A stretch of DNA of 64,000 nucleotides. Origin: Trypethelium eluteriae. Its lineage: Eukaryota. Location of the stretch: positions 1 to 64,000 of the forward strand of contig JAVECL010000033.1 of the NCBI GenBank assembly GCA_051942245.1, read 5' to 3'. Under the pieces are notes generated by a model. It did no database searches, had not been told where the DNA came from, and saw only the letters and a list, made by a program, of their open reading frames with translations. Below, piece by piece: positions 58,602 to 64,000 of this stretch (within the stretch, counting starts at the first letter, position 1; the number at the start of each line of letters is the position of its first letter). The translations under genes and the position numbers were made by a program.

Positions 58602-60896
58602 TCATGCCTTGGTCAGACTCTTGCCTTCCTCAGCCTTCTGTATCCCGTATTTTTTAAGACGGATGGCATTGATGTTTATGAAACCGGCTGCGTTTTAGAT
58701 CATCAGTCAGCAAAGCCGTCCGACACGGAGTTTAGGGCTGAAAGCAGTTGACAACTGTGGGAAGGTCGGGAGAGGTGTCAATCTGAATTTGAGAACATAC
58801 TTGTATCTATAGGGCTGAAATCAACCAGTGAGTCCATAGAGGCCTCCTCTGAGGAGTAGAGCTTCTCGGTCTCAGAGTTCCTGCTAAGAACAGACACAGA
58901 GCCTTTATAGCAGCGAAGTCGCACTTCCGCGTTCTAGCCAAGAATTAAGAGTTAGCAGTCAGCTCTGATGCGGTGGGCACGGTTGTAATCAACGTCGTGG
59001 ACAAGAGTCGGGGTTATGACCACATACCACTCGTCTCTGGCTGAAAACCAGAGAGTTCTCAATATACTCTCGTTCCGGTGAAAAGTAGAGTCCTGAATAG
59101 AGGAGCTTCGACCAGTGGTGAGTCACGAACTGATCGCGAAGGGAAATAACTTGGCCGTCCAGGGTCAGGGATTCAGCATCCAGGTGTGCGAGCCTGAGGA
59201 TGGTCATGGCAGGCGAATCGTAACAGCCGCGGCTCTTTAATCCTATAAAGCGGTTCTTAGAACTCAGGTCAGCGGTCTGTGACATGGTGTCGGATTCGTC
59301 CGTTTAGGGACTCCTAGTCAGGGGCCCAAGGCGGCCCGGCCAATCCGGCAAAACGCAACAAACTAGAGAATTATTTTATGACATACCTCAATGATATCAA
59401 TTCTCCCGATACCAGCCCTTTTACCAATATCGTTGAGCGCGATAAAGAGCTCCAGGCTATCTGTATACTCCTTACCACCGACTCGGAGTTTGACTGGCAG
59501 GCCCTGCTCGAAGAGAACAGCAATGTCAATGGGCTCATTAGGCGCGGCTTGGGGATCAACAGTGCGAGTCCACATGTCATCTGGGGGAGGGATGGAGGGG
59601 TCCTCTAGAGCACCCGCCTCATAGCTGCAGTGGGCTATGTTGTCATCCATGCTGTATGGCTTGGCTTTGGTGGACGTCACCGGAATTCCTGTAGCAGCGG
59701 CGTAAGAGATCAAGTCATTGCGACCTTGGAACCGGTTATAGAACTCCGGAACTCTCCAAGGAGCAATGATTTGGATCTTTGGGTTGATAGTGAGGAATGC
59801 CAATTCTGAATAAGTAACCTTGATCAATACGGTGGGCATGAGAGTTGGGAGTAGAATTGAACGCACCGAAGCGAATCTAAATTTGATAGTTAGTGTCAGA
59901 TCGACTTGAGAAGCACAAGGATGGGGAAGCACCTACACCGTCGTTGCCTTTTCCCTACCATTTTTAAGAAGTCAGTCAGATGTATCTCAGTTTTTACGGA
60001 TAAAGATATTGTGAGCATTTCCTCCTGGCGGAGGCGGAGGCGGAAGTGGAAGCAGAAGGTGGAGAAGGAGGTGGAGCAGAAGGCGAAGGGCAAGCATTGC
60101 ACCATTCAAAGGAGCAGGCCTCGCCGACGCCATCTCGTTCCTTGCTGGTTGCCGAGAGGATAGCAGAGATTAGGACAGCCGGAGGCGGCGGTTTCTCCGA
60201 TTTTAATGATTAGAGAAGTACCGACGTAAGAAAAATAATTATCACGGATTTGTGAGGTTTTGTCATCGACATGAAGAATCCAGCGTACTTACGGTGCATC
60301 CATGGCTCACGAAATCACCTTTTAATGTAGAGTAAGTCCGGTGCAATCACTATCACGGGGACCGGTGATTGATCTCAATCAGCCCAGGTAGTAGGATACT
60401 TACAGCCTTCTTCTTGAGCCACGCGCATCTGCGCGCGAGCAATGACCGGACGGGCTAAGCTTGTCCCTAGATAATAAGCAGGCGATGAGCACAAACTTCG
60501 CCGACGAGGGTTTGCAGCGGCAACGCACCAAGCAAGCTGGGCGAGCGCCAATTAGCGAAGACAGGTTCAGAGGGTCAGGAAATTCGTACTATCTTCCTTC
60601 ATATTGCGCGTTACACTGGACCGCACGGAAGCAAAGCTGTTCGACAAACTCGCGGCGCAAGTCCAGGATAACCATCTTCGAGGCACCAATCTTTTTCGCC
60701 TTGGCCCGAACCTCATCCCAGTCTTCCTCTTGGCCCACATCAGCAAGGAAGCAGACGACTTCATAATCCTCGTCCAGGAGCCAGCGCAAAATGCAGCTGG
60801 TGTCGAGCCCACCTGTGAGGTGTCAGTCGAGATTCCCTAAAAGCACGGCGAGTGCAAGAACTGACCGGAATAGGCCAGACAAACTCTGCCCTTCAT
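58602..60896 (-). CDS. ARG1: Argininosuccinate synthase, 11 exons
   Basis: VCLAYSGGLDTS, YLLGTSLARP, SHGCTGKGND, IIAPWR, SYEAG, GRIDIIENRFIGLKSRGCY motifs reconstructed across 10 GT-AG introns; whether this is the orthologue or a paralogue cannot be determined here. Confidence 0.9.
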
Positions 60897-62115
60897 CTTC
60901 GAAGTCACTGGCGTCTTGAGACAGAAAATGATGTGGACTCTAAGGTTGGTGAAATGCTTGGAAAGGTGGGGGAGAAATTTTTTCTCCGCTGGCAACGCCC
61001 TGTGCCTTGACTCACGAACCTTAATGCTTCACACCGAAGACTGGTCCTCACTTTTCAAAATGCTGACTCAGCATATCTCTCCCGGTGTCGGACCCTTAAC
61101 CTGCTACTACATGATGCTCTCCCTTGGCTTGCACGCGTCTAACAATTTACTCTTGTCACAGAGTACTCTATTGAGGGAGCTTGCCGTTCTGCATATTGGC
61201 GACGAGTGCATTATTTACATCTGAAATACTGGAACTGTTAGGTGAATGTTTGCTGATGTTGCTTCGCCATTTTCGGGGACGTGGGCTTGTCTACTTGTGG
61301 GACGGGTCCTACCCACTTTAGAGGTGTCTCTAGAGCGTTACGAAGTATGGAAAGAAAATTAGACGATACTATAAAGGCTAGTCTTGCTCGGGAAATAATT
61401 AGGAGCGGGATGTACTAGCTAAGGGTGCCTGCTATATGCTCCGAACTCATACATTACAATACCTACCAGTTACGTGGCCGCTTGTCGCTGCTGTGTACGG
61501 TGGCCTGTGAGTAAGTCAATCAAGAGAATGCTCATTCCGAGATCAGTCTAGGCTGAAGGTCAAGAGCTATCTCCAACTGTGCTCATATATGCGCTCATTC
61601 AGTGTAGCGGTAACTTCTGTATGTAAACCAATATCCCAGGCGGATGATTTGACTTCAGCGTGATACGTCGCCTCCGGCCGGCTGATCAAGCTAGACGAAG
61701 CAAGGACGACAGTCTTAAGGACCCTGGTGGGGCTTCGATAGTTCGTCAAGGGCTACCATGGGGGGACCGGTCCAACTGCCAGGCTATTTCTTCTCACGAT
61801 TGCATTTGGCCCCATCCAGATTGTGTTGGAAACGAAGTCTTTTCTGCAATCCCATCTCCTTTGATACTCTAGAACAGTCTTCCTTGGCATCGAATACACA
61901 ATCGATAACAATATGAACATTGAGCTCAAACAACTAGCTGTTCTTAATGTGTATAGCACAATGCACATTTCAGAACACTACAGTGCGTTAGTACATGAGT
62001 GCAAGATTTACATTATGTCTATAGATTAGTGAGAGTTACTGCACAGGCCGAGAATCGCTGGGATGTGGCGCTCATTACAGAGGTGTTGCTCTCCGAAAAT
62101 TGTTAGAAGGTTATA

Positions 62116-64000
62116 TCAAGCCCAAGCACACCAGCCTGTTCTCAGGTTAGAAAAAAGATCGAAGTGAGGCCACTCATGGTCTTACCTTGAAACAACATCG
62201 CTAGATTCCTTTCATCCGTCGCTTGTTGGATCAGTTCATTTACCGTTGCAGTTGTGCTAAGCGTTTTGTTCAACTTCCTCTGCACCACACTCAGAGCCCT
62301 ATCTGCCTCTCCCGCATCATTCTTCTTTCGACTTTCCTCTCTCCCTCCAGACACTCCCTTCCCACCCTCACCAGCCGCATCCGCAGGTCTGCTTGCTCCC
62401 GACTGCGCATCTTGCATCTGCTTAGCCTTCAACGGAGATACCGACCAGCTATACAGTGGATCATAGCGCAACACATTCAGCAACGTCATGATGCTACTTT
62501 GCTCTCTCCTCAGCGCATCCAGCATAAACTCACAGCACCGCCGAAACACGCCCTCCACGCCCGTAATCCCCATCCCGTCCACCACGTCTCGTGTCAATCG
62601 AAACGGCACCACCTCTGGCATTGGCAGCACTCGGCCGGTCTCGAAAGCTACGCCCAGGTCGATGTGCACGACCTCACCGCTCCGCTCATCCAGTAGAATA
62701 TTGTGGAGATGGCGATCTCCGAGCCCGAGCACGTGGCCCAGGATGGAGATGGCGGCCGTGCTACGGGTATAGGCAAGGCGTCGGGTAAACCATTCGTCTG
62801 GATCCGTGAAGCGCTCGAGGAAGAAGAAGCGCATGACCGGGCTGAAGCGTGCGGTGATGGCGCGGTAGGCCGCGAGTTTCTCGTCGGGGGATCGCCCGGC
62901 GACTTCGGCGATTTTCTTGCGAGCGGCGTCGTTACGGAGGTCTTTGGGGTGGTACCTTTCATGGCCGGGAATGAGGAACTCGTGGAAGGCTACCGAATTC
63001 TGCACGAATTCGATGATGCCGGCGTTCTTACCATGGGTATGAGAGCTATGCGAAGAATTTCCGTGCGTGTGGTGACCGAGTGGCACAACTTTGTATGTGC
63101 GGATGCGAAGGTTACGACGGCGAGTCTCGCGGTGGTTACGCATGAGATTGCTAACTTCCGCAAATACTTGCTCCATAATGGCGTCTTGGCGTAGCTCATC
63201 AGTTCCGCCTTTGTACTGGTGTAATCGTTAGCAGGAGGTGGAAAGGAGGTGATTGGGAGACTTACCAGTTGCTTGTAGATTCTACCGTCAGTAGCAATTA
63301 CTTTTAGAATCATTGGTGCACTCAATCCTCCGGCGACTTGTATTGTCGAGTCGAACCTGACCATTTTCGGAATGTCTTCATAGCTGCCACTCGGCCGTAC
63401 CTCAATGTCCATAGTAGTAGGCGGCACGCCAAGTCTGGCTGCTGTCTCCCCGGCTGTTACGGCTTCGGGCATATGTCGTGGCGAGAACTTTTTGCCATAC
63501 TTCTTTACGATACTTTCAGTAGGTGAACAAGCCAACTTTCCAAAACACTCATTGGTCTGGAAAATCTTCTTCCATAATTTGCGCGATGGAGACTTCTCGA
63601 GTTGTCCGGCAAGTTTCTTCGCAGCTGAGTTACGAGAAATCGCACTCTCGTCCTTACCACCCGGGGTTTTCATGCCAGCGTAAATGTGGTACATGCCATG
63701 GTAGGGATGTTCGGTGCAGATTCGCAAGACCAGAGATTGTAAGAGAGATTGGAACTTGCTATCCTCATCCTGGATCCTGGAGGATAGCTGGTTCATCAGG
63801 ATCACAAACTTCCAAGACGGCGTCGCTGCAAGATTGCGTTCAACGCTTTCGTTAGTAATGGAAGCATCGGCATTCTCCAGCCATAGCGCAAAAAACCGGA
63901 GAACATCGTTGTCATGGGTATCGCTTCGTGCTAGGGTGCGAAGATAATTCTCCAAGCTATGGCCCAAAAGTATACTTCGACTATCCCGCAAGCGCATATA
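62116..64000 (-). CDS. TEL1: ATM-family PIKK kinase, 3' part (FAT end, kinase, FATC)
   Basis: [84 protein letters not shown]; runs off the window end. Confidence 0.93.

Noticed and set aside
62040..62065. CCGAGAATCGCTGG near-match of the cluster motif upstream of ARG1
   Set aside because: Mismatch in the CGG half-site, more than 1.1 kb from the ARG1 start and within the TEL1 3' region.

Overview
Eukaryotic, intron-containing DNA from a filamentous ascomycete (GT-AG introns with CTRAY-type branch sites, fungal gene families). Positions 1-22 kb are mostly housekeeping genes: CofD/UPF0052-like protein, AKR7-like aldo-keto reductase, Shg1/BOD1-domain protein, a complex I 14-kDa subunit, a UCH deubiquitinase, POL12, a PDR16-like CRAL-TRIO protein and an AA9 LPMO. 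They are interspersed with three non-autonomous TIR elements and two pseudogenes. At 25.3-26.9 kb lies a HET-domain/WD40 gene with no NACHT domain. From 27.7 to 58.0 kb is a 10-gene secondary-metabolite cluster: HR-PKS (KS-AT-DH-CMeT-ER-KR-ACP), O-methyltransferase, PTH11-like membrane protein, 2 SDRs, 2 BBE-like FAD oxidases, a Zn2Cys6 TF and 2 P450s. It resembles an expanded solanapyrone-type (methoxy-alpha-pyrone) pathway. A palindromic CCG-N8-CGG motif (mostly CCGA-N6-TCGG) occurs 9 times in the cluster's promoters and suggests the regulon. The right flank has an 11-exon argininosuccinate synthase with 8-, 10- and 18-nt microexons and an atypical GKGNDGIRF motif, then the 3' end of TEL1/ATM. 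Gene models were assembled by eye, so exon boundaries are approximate unless stated. No database searches were run.
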